Shown: positions 25,784 to 38,927 of the stretch, piece by piece
Position numbering within the stretch: position 1 is the stretch's first letter
How the letters are laid out: every line of letters begins with the position of its first letter
DNA from: Rhizophagus irregularis
Lineage: Eukaryota
Direction: 5' to 3'
Length of the DNA stretch: 64,000 bases
NCBI RefSeq assembly: GCF_026210795.1
Contig: NC_089435.1
Coordinates: 1,922,001 to 1,986,000 of the forward strand
The notes under the pieces: generated by a model
What the model was told of the DNA's origin: nothing
Databases searched by the model: none
Seen by the model: the letters and a program-made list of their open reading frames with translations, nothing else
Made by a program: the position numbers and the translations under genes

Positions 25784-27164
25784 TCACCCGTCAATTTCAC
25801 TATCGCTATCTTCTCGAGCACCTTGAATTTGCGCGACACGTTTCTTATTTTCATTATAATATCTCCATCTTTTTCTTTCCCTAATACTTTTCTTTTGATT
25901 ACCATTAATTTCATTCAAAACTTTTATTCTGGTCGTTCGTAAGCGGATCCGTAAGATTCTCCCTAGTATCATAATATTGTTCGTCTACAGACTTTTCTGA
26001 TACTTTATTGTTCAGTTGCGTCTTGATGATCCGTGGCTTAAAGCCTCCATTTTTTCTAATCAATTCGTCTTGGCTTTTCAATTGTAGCCCTGATCCAATA
26101 TCGGCATTCATCCCCTTCATCATATCATTTTTGTTGTTAAAATATATTAGGATATATTTAATTTTGTTGACCCTAATAATTTTTCCGAAAAATCCTCCAT
26201 ATTTCTTAATATTTTCTTTGATAATTACACTATTTAATACTTCACTTCCTGTAGTAATTTTTTTTAATGCTTACTAACTATATTTTCCTTTTAATTCCTG
26301 TGTCATTAAATCAGAGTCAAACATGATGAAAAAATATTGATGACTATTCCTAAAAATTGTGATATTAGCTCCACCTCGTGCATAAGTATTTTCATACTCT
26401 TTGGTAAAACGAAGTCTTGTCTTGACCGTCTTATATTTATAAATCGTTTGACTGTTATTTTTCCACATAGCCTACATCTCTTATATATTCATATATTTCT
26501 TCGTCCGACCAGTACCAAGGAAAATCGTAAAATGTCATATCACGTGATTTATCGGAATATTTACTGGACTTTTTCTTTCTTTGACCTGAGATATCCTTGT
26601 CTTTTTTGTGAAAAAAACTCTTGTTCCTTCTTCTCTAGCTCCTTAATTTTTTCGGTAATTATTCTGACTTCTCCTTTTTCTAATTTTATTCGTTCTTTAA
26701 CTGTTACATCAACTTCTAATTCTCTAACACGATTTTCCAATTCTCCCTTACACTTTATGATTTCCTCATCTTTACTCGATATTATTCGTTCCTTGTTGGT
26801 TACTTCATTTCCAAATTGTCTTCCAGCTCACGTGATATTGTATCTTTGCTGCGCTCGCTTTGAAGAAACGAATATTTTTTTTTCAAGAAACTTCGTAAAT
26901 TTTTTTCTAATAAAAGTTCAACTCGTCCTTATTATAAATAATATGAGGAAGTCTTCTGAATTTTAATACATAGTCCTTTTTTATTATTGTTAGTTTTATC
27001 ATACTTTTTAAATGTTCGTTTAACCAAAGTCTTATACTCGTTGGGCAAATTTATTTTATGTACTTTGTATACTTGTGTCATATCAAAATCCCAAACTCTG
27101 TATAAAAATCCTCTATAAATTTGTTAACCGCTTTTTCCCGCACTAAAACCATGTTTTCTGACAT
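25784..27164 (-). pseudogene. Decayed coiled-coil plus RRM-like ORF resembling a non-LTR retrotransposon ORF1
   Basis: Broken frames read MSENMVLVREKAVNKF..., a coiled coil (ELENRVRELEVDV), then DMTFYDFPWYWSDEEIY...YKYKTVKTRLRF...KYGGFFGKIIRVNKIKYILIYF. Many stops and frameshifts. The ORF1 assignment rests on recalled motif similarity only. Confidence 0.5.
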
Positions 27165-27199
27165 ATTTGTATATGGTTTAATAAAATATTTTGTTTTTT

Positions 27200-27470
27200 T
27201 ATAATATATTTTCTTCCATTAAAATTTTGGTACGAAAGAGCGTCATGATTAAACTAACAAGGATTATTAGGATCAGTATCGAAATTGATTAAATGATTAA
27301 TCAGATCTTGATCTTGGTATAAAATAATAAAATATAAAACGCAATGTGCAAAACTTATTATAATAAGAAATAAAACTAATAAAAACAAATGATCTGTTTT
27401 GCAATATTCAAAATAAATACCAAAAGATTCAAATGCTCTAAAAAATAACAAAAATCTAATATCTAAAAAA
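27200..27470 (-). pseudogene. Fragment of a TRP-like channel gene (S4-S5 and pore-proximal part)
   Basis: FLDIRFLLFFRAFESFGIYF...FLLVLFLIIISFAH...DPNNP matches exon 5 of the 13487 gene, with deletions and a stop. Confidence 0.8.
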
Positions 27471-27738
27471 TAGAGGTCATTTAGGTTTACCTTTACATTT
27501 ATTTAAACTTTTGAAAAGGGAAATTCACAAAAAATGAAATAAAAGATATTCACGTGGGAATAAAACAGTGAAAATAGACTAAACCTAATACTTACATATG
27601 TGTGTAAAATTTTGTGGTCACGAGTGACTCACCAAATAAAATCATTTTAGATTATCTATCGCGCTCATCTTTTTTTTCTCCAACTCGCAATTGAATAAAT
27701 TTTCTTTCTTACACCTGTCTAAAAAAAACTAAAAAAAA

Positions 27739-29190
27739 ATGAACATTGACAGAGACGTACTTTATTTAATAACAAAAATTTTGCAAAATGACAGTGTATC
27801 ACTTTATTCATTTCTTTTAGTTAACAAAATTTGGTGTGAGGTAGCAGTACCAGTATTATGGGAAATTCCTGGAAGAATTCCTTTAACTAAGAAAGCAGAG
27901 AGTATAATATTCAACGTTATACTTTCACATTCATCAGAAGACTCAAGAGATATCTTGAAGAAACAAGGAATCGACGATCTTTTCGCAGGAGCTTATCGAC
28001 CACCTTCATTTAATTACATTAATTTCTGGAGACATTTAGATTTACAACTTTTAAAGGATATGATCAATTTAAGAAATGTCAAAGAATCAAACATTGATAT
28101 TATAATAAATGAATTATTAAAATTATTTATTAACAAAAATACTAAATTTCTTTCGCTTTTTATTCCATATAATTTTAAATATCAATTACATAGTATTTCA
28201 TGGGCTGAACAATGCTTTTCAATTCTTAAATTCCTTCATTGTGATGATTGGGATAAAAATATTATGGAAGGATTAGCTATAATAGCTAAATCAATTAATA
28301 AACTCATATTACATACTGTATATCTTGATAATGATGACATTCCTGGAAGCTTAATATTAATTGAAAATCAAAAGAATTTGAACGAAATTCAAATTGAATG
28401 TCGTGATTTTATAGAATTCAAAATTTTTGAAAAATCACTAATTAAAAAAGCAGATACTATTCAACATCTACGAATAAATAGGAATCCTGGTGATGAATTT
28501 CTTTCATATTTTGTAAATTTAAGTAGTTTAAAAATAGGCAGGTATGATTATGCTGTAAAGAAAACAAATTGGTGTCATTTGGAGAGAGTATCTTCACCTG
28601 GTTTAAAAGTTTTAATAGCCAATATTGAATCACATCAAAATTTAGATAGAATGATTAAAACTAAAAATGGTCATCTTCATGAAATCACTCTTACTCATAG
28701 TGGTATTGTTAGTGATGCTGATTATAATAGAAGACTTATTCGAGCAATTTATCAGAATTGTCCAAATCTTAGATATCTTAGTATGCCAATTAAAGAACAA
28801 AATATTCCTGAATTTGAAAGGTTATTAATTAATTGTCAAAATTTAAATGGATTAATTTTTGAGTATGAAATGCATTTTAAATATAAGAGTTTATTTGAAA
28901 TATTAATTAGATCATCGCCAATAAGTTTGTATAAATTTAAAATTTATTTTAATCGGAAATTTGGACCCAAATTTAAATTATTAAAATCATTTTTTGATAA
29001 TTGGAAAGATAGACATCCTATGATATTACAAATCAATATGTTTAATTTTGATGATTATCGAGAGATGGATAAATTGAAAGAGCTGGTTAAAAAATATGAA
29101 GTAAAAGGAATAGTTCAAAGATGTGACTTTAATTGCTTTCATGATTATGATGAATTTGATTGGATTCGAAAAAAAACAGATGTTTATTAA
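27739..29190 (+). CDS. F-box-like/LRR protein (second subfamily)
   Basis: 483-aa ORF with DVLYLITKILQND..SLYSFLLVNKIWCEVAVPVLW, IYQNCPNLRYL, SSPISLYKFK and FFDNWKDRHPM. Confidence 0.88.
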   Translation: MNIDRDVLYLITKILQNDSVSLYSFLLVNKIWCEVAVPVLWEIPGRIPLTKKAESIIFNVILSHSSEDSRDILKKQGIDDLFAGAYRPPSFNYINFWRHLDLQLLKDMINLRNVKESNIDIIINELLKLFINKNTKFLSLFIPYNFKYQLHSISWAEQCFSILKFLHCDDWDKNIMEGLAIIAKSINKLILHTVYLDNDDIPGSLILIENQKNLNEIQIECRDFIEFKIFEKSLIKKADTIQHLRINRNPGDEFLSYFVNLSSLKIGRYDYAVKKTNWCHLERVSSPGLKVLIANIESHQNLDRMIKTKNGHLHEITLTHSGIVSDADYNRRLIRAIYQNCPNLRYLSMPIKEQNIPEFERLLINCQNLNGLIFEYEMHFKYKSLFEILIRSSPISLYKFKIYFNRKFGPKFKLLKSFFDNWKDRHPMILQINMFNFDDYREMDKLKELVKKYEVKGIVQRCDFNCFHDYDEFDWIRKKTDVY

Positions 29191-31687
29191 CCACAAGTAT
29201 CTGATTATATATAGAAATATCTTATATGTGATTATATATATATATATAGGCTTTATTAATTATAAATAAACACAATATTTTTATATGAAAAAAAAAAAGG
29301 TTATTAAGATGATGTAATTTTTATTTTATGATCTATATTAATAATCATGTTTACAATTATTAAGAAAGAATATTGACATTTAGAGAATAATGACAACATT
29401 CACTTTATTGTCTAAACTTTAGAAATTGTTTGATATCCTTCGTAAGAATTAATTTATCTTGTGTTTGCTCTGTCAAAACAAATTAACACCCTGAAATTTA
29501 AACATTTGTCATAATCTTTGTTCATAGATAGCGAAAAATGTTGATTAAATCTGATATATAGCAAGTATATAACCGTAAATTGTTGGTATGTGCGATATAC
29601 TATGTTTATCAAAATTTAGTATAGCCTATATAATAAGTGATTATTTAGGTACACAAATAATAAATACATTTGCTTAAGATTCGCTTAGCATTTGCCTTAC
29701 TTTAAACATGTCAACTTTAACCCCTATACACTCTACTTCCACTACTTATTTTGATTTATAAGTATTATCAACTTAGATTAATTTATCCCAAACTTTAACA
29801 CAATGTTGCATTTTTTCATCTTATGTCTTTAAACAGCTTGTTTTAATTTTTATTAAAAATTTCATAATAAACAATCATTAACTAAATCTTTATAGGATAC
29901 CAATTTATTACTACTTGTGCAACATTATCATAAAGAATAGGTTCTGTTGATCATATGGAAGCAGCTAGAACCCTTTACATTAAAAATTAAACAAGGAGAA
30001 TAATTTTGAAATATTGCTTTGATAATTTATATCGAAAGTGATCTGGCAGATTAGCTCATCGTTTTCATCTAAATAAACTTTTTAATATTTTCTTATTTTT
30101 ATTATAAAGTATGCCAAAACTTTCCAAGCAAGGACAGCATCTACATCAGATAACTTTGAATCGACAAAAAATACAAACTTAATGCAATTATAGCGAAATA
30201 GATGAAGTAACACTCACTCACGTACGAAATATTTTTCTAACGAAATACGTACGCACAGAACAAAGAAAAATTGTACAATAGCTGAGAAAGATATAGGTCT
30301 ATTTAGAGAAGATCAGGCAAAAGAAATATTCAATAATTTAATTACAAATTATACGTAGTTTTCATATATTTATATGTATTAATTCTATTAATGAAACTAG
30401 AGGATAAAAATCCAGTGATACTGCTCCCTTGAATGCAAAACGTTTCTTTATTCTATTACTTGGGAATGGTATTTTGCGTCTGATATTCTTTACTGAAATT
30501 TGCTCAGCCATATTGGGTACGGATATCATGTTCAATTTTAACAATCTGTAAATCAAATGGCTTTGAGGAAAGTTTCATTTTACAATTATGCAATTCCTGT
30601 ATCTTTAATGAAAGTTCAGATTTTAAGATACGTATTTCTGTTATTTTTAAAGTTAAAATAGAATCTAATTCCTTTAATCTCAAATTAAGAACGCTTATTT
30701 CTTTTCACTAACAATTGAACAATTCGCCCATACATATATGTGATGCGGTAGATTGTATTTCAAGAATATTGTAGCTTAAGACTTTCCAACTTTGTCGTTA
30801 GACTCTGAATTCATTGTATAGGTACCCTTCAGGTATACTATCTGTTACTCAAGAATCATAACATCTTTTGCATCAGTTAGTAATTGTTTTACCTCTTTAC
30901 TTAATTTCTTTGAAGAGCTAATAATTTGCTCTAATTCATTCCACAATTGCAAATTTTCGTTTGCAAGCTTATTACATGTATCACATAGTTCTTCACATTA
31001 TTCAAATACTGTAGATAGAGGCCATTGTCTATAGCGAATTCTACGTAAATCATGTGTTTATTACATATCACATAATTGTGATTTTGTAATTATAATAAAT
31101 TAAACTTTTATTATGTACTGTATGATGTATTTCCACTTCCAATCAAGGTCCACATAAATCTGGTCCAAGGAAAAAAACTTCTCAAAAGACTCGATTTTAC
31201 CAGTTTATGAACATTTCCTTATTTCAAAAAGCTAGTCCTGGATCGGTATTCTTTGGAATAGTCAAAGAAATAGTAATTCATTTAAGCAAAATGTTTAATA
31301 TCTTAAATATTAATTTCTTTTGAATATTGAAATAATTTTTTATGTAATTACGTCATTATTACAAAAATGTGGTATGTGATAATCATGATTTACTCAAGAC
31401 GTACTGTTCACATGACTCCTTGAAATGTCTTTACTTCTGTTTTTTATTGTAGAAAGTGTGTAACGTGAACATCGGAAAATGACACGTGCAATGTTAAACA
31501 TCAGAACTTTAATTTTACTCTAAATGAATATAAAATTCGAAGTATTGATTGCATAAATTTATAATTTATTAGATGTTAAATTGATAGTTAAATGTTTACA
31601 ATATTGAATATCAATGTGAAATAAGTATGAAATAAAATATTCAAGAATGAAAAAAATATTGATTTCCCAATCTAACTTTCTTTATTA

Positions 31688-34523
31688 TTACTCAATTTTA
31701 ATGTGTTTTCCTAATTTTAAATTTTAAAAAAAAAATGAATAAAGTGTAAACAAATATAAAAAGAACTTTTTCAATAAATACTTACCATTATTTTCATGAG
31801 AATTTATATTTAATTCTTCAATATTTCTCTTAGTTACAAGTACGTTTGCTCTATTGATATAAATTATATTTAATTAAAGATTTGAATTGTTAAATTTTTA
31901 AAAAAATCCTAAAAGTTCTTAATTTTTAATTACCTTTCAATATCAATGTCAAACTCAAGTTCTTTTGAAGTGTAATCTATAGCATGAGAATTTATATTTA
32001 ATTCTTCAATAGTTCTAACTACGTTTGATCTATTGATATAAATGATATTTAATTAAAGATTTGAATTGTTAAATTTTTTAAAAAATCCTAAAAGTCCTTA
32101 ATTTTTAATTACCTTTCAATATCAATGTCAAACTCAAGTTCTTTTGAAGTGTAATCTATAGCATGAGAATTTATATTTAATTCTTCAATAGTTCTAACTA
32201 CGTTTGATCTATTGATATAAATTATATTTAATTAAAGATTTGAATTGTTAAATTTTTAAAAAATCCTAAAAATCCTCAATTTTTAATTACCTTTCAATAT
32301 CAATGTCAAACTCAAGTTCTTTTGAAGTATAATCTATAAAATGAAATTAAATATTATTCATTAACTGTTAGTATTTTACATATTTTACATTTATTGCATT
32401 TATATGCTTTTTAATACATACCTTTAGAGGGATTGATAGATGAACATTTAGAAATTATAGAACTTAATGGTCTACTTGTAAAAATAGCATCTGGGTGAGG
32501 TTTTTCGCTAAACTCGGGACCAAGCTGTCTTAAATTTATTAATTTTTTTCTTTTTGATTCAGCTTGATCAAATACTTCATTATGCTTTTTTCTAAAATAC
32601 CAACTACCAAAAGTATTGCGAACTTTCTTTATGGATGGTCTTTTTTTAGGGTCAGGGTCCCAACAACTTTTCATTAAATTTGCATAACATTCTGGCGTAT
32701 CTTCTGTAATTACAGGTCGTTCTCCATCAAGAATTTTATAAATAAGATTATGATCATGTTTAACATTAGCAAAAGGTTTACAACCTGTTGTAAGTTCCCA
32801 CATAATCATGCCCATACTATAAACGTCAGTTATTTTAGAAAATGAAGACCCATTAAATATTTCTGGTGCAATATAAGGAATCACTCCATATATTTCATTA
32901 TTTGATGATGTATTATTTGCATGTTGTGATAATCCTAAATCTCCAATTTTCCATTGATGTTTTTCATCATAATTTGGTTCATAACCAGGTGAAGCAAAAT
33001 CAAATAATATGTTTCCGCTATGAAAATCTCGGTGTATATAATTTGCTTTATGAATAGTTTCAAGTCTAAAAAAAAATAATAATAAATCAGTAATCATCTT
33101 AAGTAATTGTAATAAATACATAATATAAATACCCTTCTGAAATTTGCCATAAAATAATTAATTTTTCTTTATTCCACGTAATATCTGCAAAACGTTTTTG
33201 TAAAAAGTTGTGCAAATCTCCTTCTTTTGCATATTCCATAACTAGTATGTAACCCTCCAATTCGGGGTCTCTTGTAAAACCATAAGTTTTAACAATATGA
33301 TGCTTGATTTGATAACAATATTGATTTGATTTTAACTATAAAATTCATGATAATAAATTAGGTTATTTATAAAACATTAATACAGTAGCAAGTGTAAATG
33401 TATGATTATTCACCTCATTTAAAAAATATTTGTCGATATCTTTAGAATTCATAAATCTTTTTAGAATGACGGTTTCATTACTACTTCTATACCCTCTATC
33501 AGATAAACCACCATCTAACCAAGTCGCTTGATATATAGTACCATATCCTCCTTGTGCTATTTCATTTATATTTGTAAATTGAGAATACGATATCCATTCC
33601 ATTGATTGTTTAACAACTTGATAAATAGATTTACATATAGTATATGGACAAAAATATTTATCAATATTTTTTACTTTATCAACAAATTCGGTTATTTTTA
33701 AACTTTCGTAAATATTAATTCTCGAATTGGAAAGAAAATCATCTAAATCACTATTTCCGATGCTAATTTTTGTGTTATCAAAATCAATAGATGATACTCT
33801 TTTGCATTTTTTACATTGAGATTGAATTGTAGGTCCAAAAATGACATTTGTTGTTAGACAATATCTGCATCCAGTATAAAATATAAGACAATTCGTACAA
33901 TACTTTTGACAGTCTGATATAAATGTTAAGGTTTTTTTACAAGCTTCACAATATGATTTATTATGCCACCATGGTAAATAAATAATTGGAATAGATTTTT
34001 CGGTTAAAGTTGATTTTACACATCCGGAAGAAATTAAATAACAATTAGAACATAATTTGAATCGTTCCATTTCATTTATATTTTTTCCTTTATATAATGA
34101 TTTTCCACATAGTCTGCAATTTTTTTCACTCTCAATCGTATTTTCATATAAATTACGATATTTGGATTTATAAGAATATCGCACAGGAATTTGTTTAAAA
34201 TATAATATTTCCAAGCAATTTCTACAGCATTCTTGAATATTTTGTGGTTCATACGTTTCACTTCTTTCATTCTCACAACATTTCAAGTTTTCTATATATA
34301 AATTTAGGTCTAAGTAAATATTATTATATTTTATATCGGTGATATAACATGATGCACATTTTTTGCAATATTTTTGCCTACAAAAAATCGTCTTAATATA
34401 TTCTTCTCCACAATAAATACACTTCTTATCACTCTCATTAAATGAAACAAACAAGATCTTTATTGGGCTAGATTTTAATTTTGGCGTTAGGTCAAAAGAA
34501 TATTCATCATCTGTATTTTCCAT
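31688..34523 (-). CDS. TKL-like protein kinase with Cys-rich (multi-CxxC) N-terminus; ~8 predicted exons, including tandemly repeated 3' exons
   Basis: Exons 34523-33414, 33335-33133, 33065-32422, 32333-32291, two 96-nt repeat exons, one exon near 31850-31785 and 31710-31688 all splice in frame. Motifs AQGGYG, VILK, HRDFHSGN, DLG, YIAPE. Confidence 0.85.
31796..32336 (-). repeat. Three tandem ~179-bp exon+intron units in the 3' end of the kinase gene
   Basis: tacctttcaatatcaatgtcaaactcaagttcttttgaagt recurs at 31931, 32110 and 32288. Confidence 0.92.
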
Positions 34524-35172
34524 TTTATTATGTTTATAAATAAATATTGAAAATTTTTAGTTTTAGTAGACGATAAATTATTTCAAGGAGTTGAAAATGT
34601 AAAACTTTCTGTTGCACGTTATGGAAAAGTATTCTGGAATTTTTTCATATGCATGGAAATTCGTTTTGTAATTGACCGTTTTAATATGAGAAGACTCCTG
34701 TCAATCCCCCTTATTTTTTTTTTTTTAAGGTAGGAGGTTTAGTGGTCAAACTGCAAAATTACCAAATTCGTTATTTTCTAGATTTTCCTATAAACATTTA
34801 TTGATTTCAGATCATCTATAATTTTCCATGTGTTTACGCTGATCCGTCAATGATCTTATTCGCTACTAGTACGAATTTGCAAATCCAGTTGATCAAAATG
34901 TGGTACTGTTGCCTTGACGCAGATCGTAGAGTAAGTACATTTATCATAGTGATTATTTTATTAGACACTAATGACTGGATATTGATCAAATGAACCAAAT
35001 GAACCTGTGACCAGAATTTTTCGTGATCACCATCGTGATCACTATCGTGACACCATTTTTACTCCCTATTATTAATGAATGTTACACCACACAAATTGTG
35101 CGTCGATACCGGAAATTAACATTCCGAAATTATTAAAATGTGATACATTAATACTTTCCCTTCGTTTACATT

Positions 35173-35356
35173 ATGTCATATTCAAAAATATTTTCAGATT
35201 TACCCGAATTAATATATGAAATTATAAAATATTTTAGGAATGATTTTTCAACATTACATTCATGTATTTTAGTTAATAGATTATGGTGTCGTTTAGCAAT
35301 TCCATTATTATGAGAAAATCCATTTTCAATTCCTGCACAAAATTATAAATTTATTG
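35173..35356 (+). pseudogene. Truncated F-box gene fragment
   Basis: MSYSKIFSDLPELIYEIIKYFRNDFSTLHSCILVNRLWCRLAIPLL*ENPF. The conserved Trp codon is TGA at 35311-35313 and homology ends soon after. Confidence 0.85.
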
Positions 35357-37399
35357 CACAAAAGGTTAATTATTTATCAAATCACGTATTTTATTTAATA
35401 ACAACAATAATAATATACATAAATATAATGTTATTTGTTTGGTCGATGCAATTTAAACAAAGAAAAAAAAATGCTGCTGCACGTTAAAATAAAATAAGCT
35501 AGTGTATAATAAAATAAATTTTAGTAAAGATAATAAAATCTAAGATAAAATAGAAGAAAGATTTTCAAATGTCAACCGTTAAATAAAGTTTTTTTCGTTG
35601 TACGGGGTGACTGATAATTTTTCCTTTCTTAAAATAGTCTTAGCTTGTCTTGAAAAAGATTTTCTCATGCGCCTTCACCTTATTCAAACAATGTCATCTA
35701 TATGTGCATAATTATTCAGAATGTGTTCCAGGTTTTTCTTGTGGCATAACACTTTCAAAAATCAGAATAAATATTTTTTAAAATAAAGCTTTATAATCCC
35801 ATATCAGACTCAATTTGTTTAGTGATAATAATATCATCGTTGCCGATCATTTTAAGGTGGAAAATCAAATAAGGAATGACAAAGATGCGAACCGGATATT
35901 TATAGATAATCCGTCGCTAATTGAAACTCACGACCGTATTGTAACAATATTGTTTCTATTATTATATAATACTGTATATACCAACGGATAATATCAGATA
36001 AAGGATTTTCTAGCGGATTAATCCGGATTTATCCGTGACGGCAGAAATTATCCGTTATCTGGGGTTACATTCATTAATAATTTCTATCAGCTTTTTTTCA
36101 TAATGTAAACATTCTGTAATTATCTATTAAAAGAAAATAAATATTAGTAGTGTGTCAAATTTTAATCTAGATTTATTTAGTAATAAAAGAAGGTACATAG
36201 CCAATTCCTCCTCCAGAATTAGCAGACTTTTATCAACTACAAAGTTAGGATGCCTGAACTGAGAGCCTTGGGATGGTTACCAAGGGTGTCAAATCCAGTA
36301 ATTCCCCTAGATCGAACCAATTATCAACCTAGAGGTTACCCACCCCTTGCAAAATAAAACTAACATAAAATAAACACACCTTATCTTTTAAATTAGGAAA
36401 ATCTCTTCCTTCCCGCAAAAAAATGGGCAGCCCAAAGATAATCAAGCTCACTCCAATTGTCTGTCAAAGTTGAGGTAGTAATAATTGAAGTAATAATGAT
36501 ATCATGGCGACTTTTCAAAAATCCATAATATGTTAACTCATTAGTTTTTTATGTAAGAGATAAGAGCTAAAAAATTTGGTAAGTTTAGTTAGTTTTTAAT
36601 AATATAAGATAAAATACATTTAACAAGGCTTACAATTTTGGCCAGGGCAGCTTTCAGATGTACTCATTTTTAATTAATAAAATCTTTAATTAATAATTGG
36701 TAAAATCTCAATTGATGGTAAAATCTCTGGCTTGATAATTATTAAAGGCTTGTGTGAATTTTTTACTAAAATTGAAAATTTTAGTATTACAAAATTCACT
36801 AAAATTGAAATAATATTATTACTATTTTAAGTATTACGTTGAGTTTAACATGTCTGGGGAGGTGTTTTAAATAGAAAAATCTCTTATAAGTAGTACAGCA
36901 TTACTCAAGTCAAAAAACGTAATATGTTTGATAAATGATAGAAAATACATATAGTAAAAAAAAGTTATTTAATTTCATAATTTTTTCTTAAACCAATCCT
37001 ATAAATATACATACATATTATTTGTAAGCACCTATCCATATGATTTATTCAAGATTAATAAAGTATAAAAAAAGTATCATAATAAAACTATAAAAAAATA
37101 TTTATACCAACTGAGTCATTTGCCAAATTTCCTTTAATTTAACTGTCATATGATATCAAAAATTATAATAATGGATGAGATTGACAATATTGTGAATCAT
37201 TATTACTAAGAAAATCTTAATATGCTTATAGTTAATTATACCGTATATTTGTCATCGGCGTATAACGGCGATGTAGTGAAAATCTATCGTTGGCTTTATC
37301 GGCGTAAAAAATAACTATCGCAATTACGTAATATTTTATTAAATTAAGCAACATGCCAAAAAATACACCTGAAAATCACAAACATTACAAAATATTGAT

Positions 37400-37850
37400 T
37401 TTTTTTATACCAATTCAAAATCTTCCCAAATACTTTACCTTATTTTATTTCATTAAAATCTTCTAATTGCTGAACATAGAATTCAATTATCAAAAATAAT
37501 TCTAAATGATCTAATTTATTTAAATAACGAGAAGAAATTTTAAATTTAAACAGATTAATTGGTGGCAATTTCCTAATTAATAAGTTGATATTCAATATAA
37601 CTTCGAATATGAAAATCTATTGATCTATCTTGTATTCTCATTAATAAATATCTTCAATGTTTCGTTTTTTATATTTTTAAAAGACAGAATTGCTAAAATC
37701 TTTATTAAAATATTTTAATTTATCTATTATTGACGGTATAAATTATCAACAAAATTAAAGGAGACTGGCTTTTCAAAATATTTCTAGATTCTTCTGATAG
37801 CTGTAAAAGTGTTACATTTAATAGTATATTCTTGATCATAAAATATTGAT
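37400..37850 (-). pseudogene. Highly decayed F-box/LRR relic (27739 subfamily)
   Basis: Fragments LLNVTLLQLSEESRNILK and LPPINLFKFKIS resemble FNVILSHSSEDSRDILK and SSPISLYKFKI. Confidence 0.6.
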
Positions 37851-38329
37851 TAGGATTTCTCTATAAAGTTAGCTTCAGAATTTAGGGAAAGCAAATCTTC
37901 GCTAAGATATACTGTACATATATATTTCCTGACGAATATACATAAATAATGTTATGCTTTTAATTGCAAAAATGAGCAAATAATAAAAAAGATTATATAG
38001 TTATATATATGAAGTTAGTGTTAAAATTTTTAAATTTAAGATTGAATTTTCTTATTGTATAGAGTATTGTATAGTAAGACGCATAGTAAGACGATGTACT
38101 CATTTGTAATCTTTCTAATATTTAATTATAATGTACCTAATATTACTCTATGGACTATTTATTACATTTACTTACATAAATACAAATACGGATTAACATT
38201 TTTGTAGAAAATGAAAAAATTACAATATATCGTATAATACAGTAGATGATAATGTCTTAGGGTTAAAATTTTACAAAAATACAGTTACACATTGACGTCA
38301 GTTAATAAACTGTCAAAATAAATATTATA

Positions 38330-38815
38330 TTTTTCTTATATTAATTCTACAAACTACATAAATAAAATAATTATTATAAATATTTATGTTTAAGAATATA
38401 TAAATAATTAACACCCAAAAATAAAATAGGAAATAGATACAACAAATATTAATGTAAAAATAAATGGAATAAACATTATATACAATAATAATAAAATCCC
38501 AAAATAATCAGAATGACAACAATATTTATGGTTTAAAAAAGTTACTGGTTTAAACATGATGCATGATGCAATTGATGCATCTATTGAAAAATAACAAATG
38601 AATATACTACTATATTCAATACAGCAATATATGGTATAATTACAATTAAAGTAACTGTCACGAAATCTAAAATATGAACTAAAATAAAAAATATTATTTC
38701 ACTACCATATGATTTGGATTGATCGGCTTTTTTTAGAATTTGGAAGAATTGGCATTCCAATTTCTTTATGATCGCTGAATTTTCGCTATCTTGATTATAT
38801 AACAATATTATTAAA
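38330..38815 (-). pseudogene. Decayed copy of the multi-pass membrane protein family (copy 1 of 5)
   Basis: DQSKSYGSEIIFFILVHILDF and NNYFIYVVCRIN match EQTKSYNCESIFFTLIHFLDL and NSYFIYVVCRIN of 47969; stops and deletions are present. Confidence 0.7.
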
Positions 38816-38855
38816 TACTTACGTAAAAATTATTTTAAAGTTTAATAAAAAATTT

Positions 38856-38927
38856 GGGGTGTTGGCGCAATGTTAGCGCGTCCGCCTCCAGAGCGGAAAG
38901 TTGGGTGTTCGAGTCACTCACTCCCCA
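38856..38927 (+). tRNA. trnW: tRNA-Trp (anticodon CCA), 72 nt, intronless; possibly a degenerate copy
   Basis: Cloverleaf: acceptor GGGGTGT/ACTCCCC (one T:T), D stem GCGC/GCGC, anticodon arm TCCGC-CTCCAGA-GCGGA, T arm GGGTG-TTCGAGT-CACTC, discriminator A. Confidence 0.88.

Noticed and set aside
26337..26966. 209-aa + strand ORF (also 26008-26277)
   Set aside because: Ser/Phe/Leu-rich antisense shadow of the minus-strand coiled-coil relic.
29350..31000. Possible decayed minus-strand coding or transposase relic, including ORF 30362-30556
   Set aside because: Fragments look codon-like but no recognisable motif or termini were found.
31796..32336. CRISPR-like regular repeat
   Set aside because: Whole units repeat with no unique spacers. 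It is a eukaryotic exon/intron duplication.
35311..38927. Idea that the nearby tRNA-Trp suppresses Trp-to-stop codons in local pseudogenes
   Set aside because: The anticodon is the standard CCA, tRNAs act in trans, and the pseudogenes also carry frameshifts and truncations.
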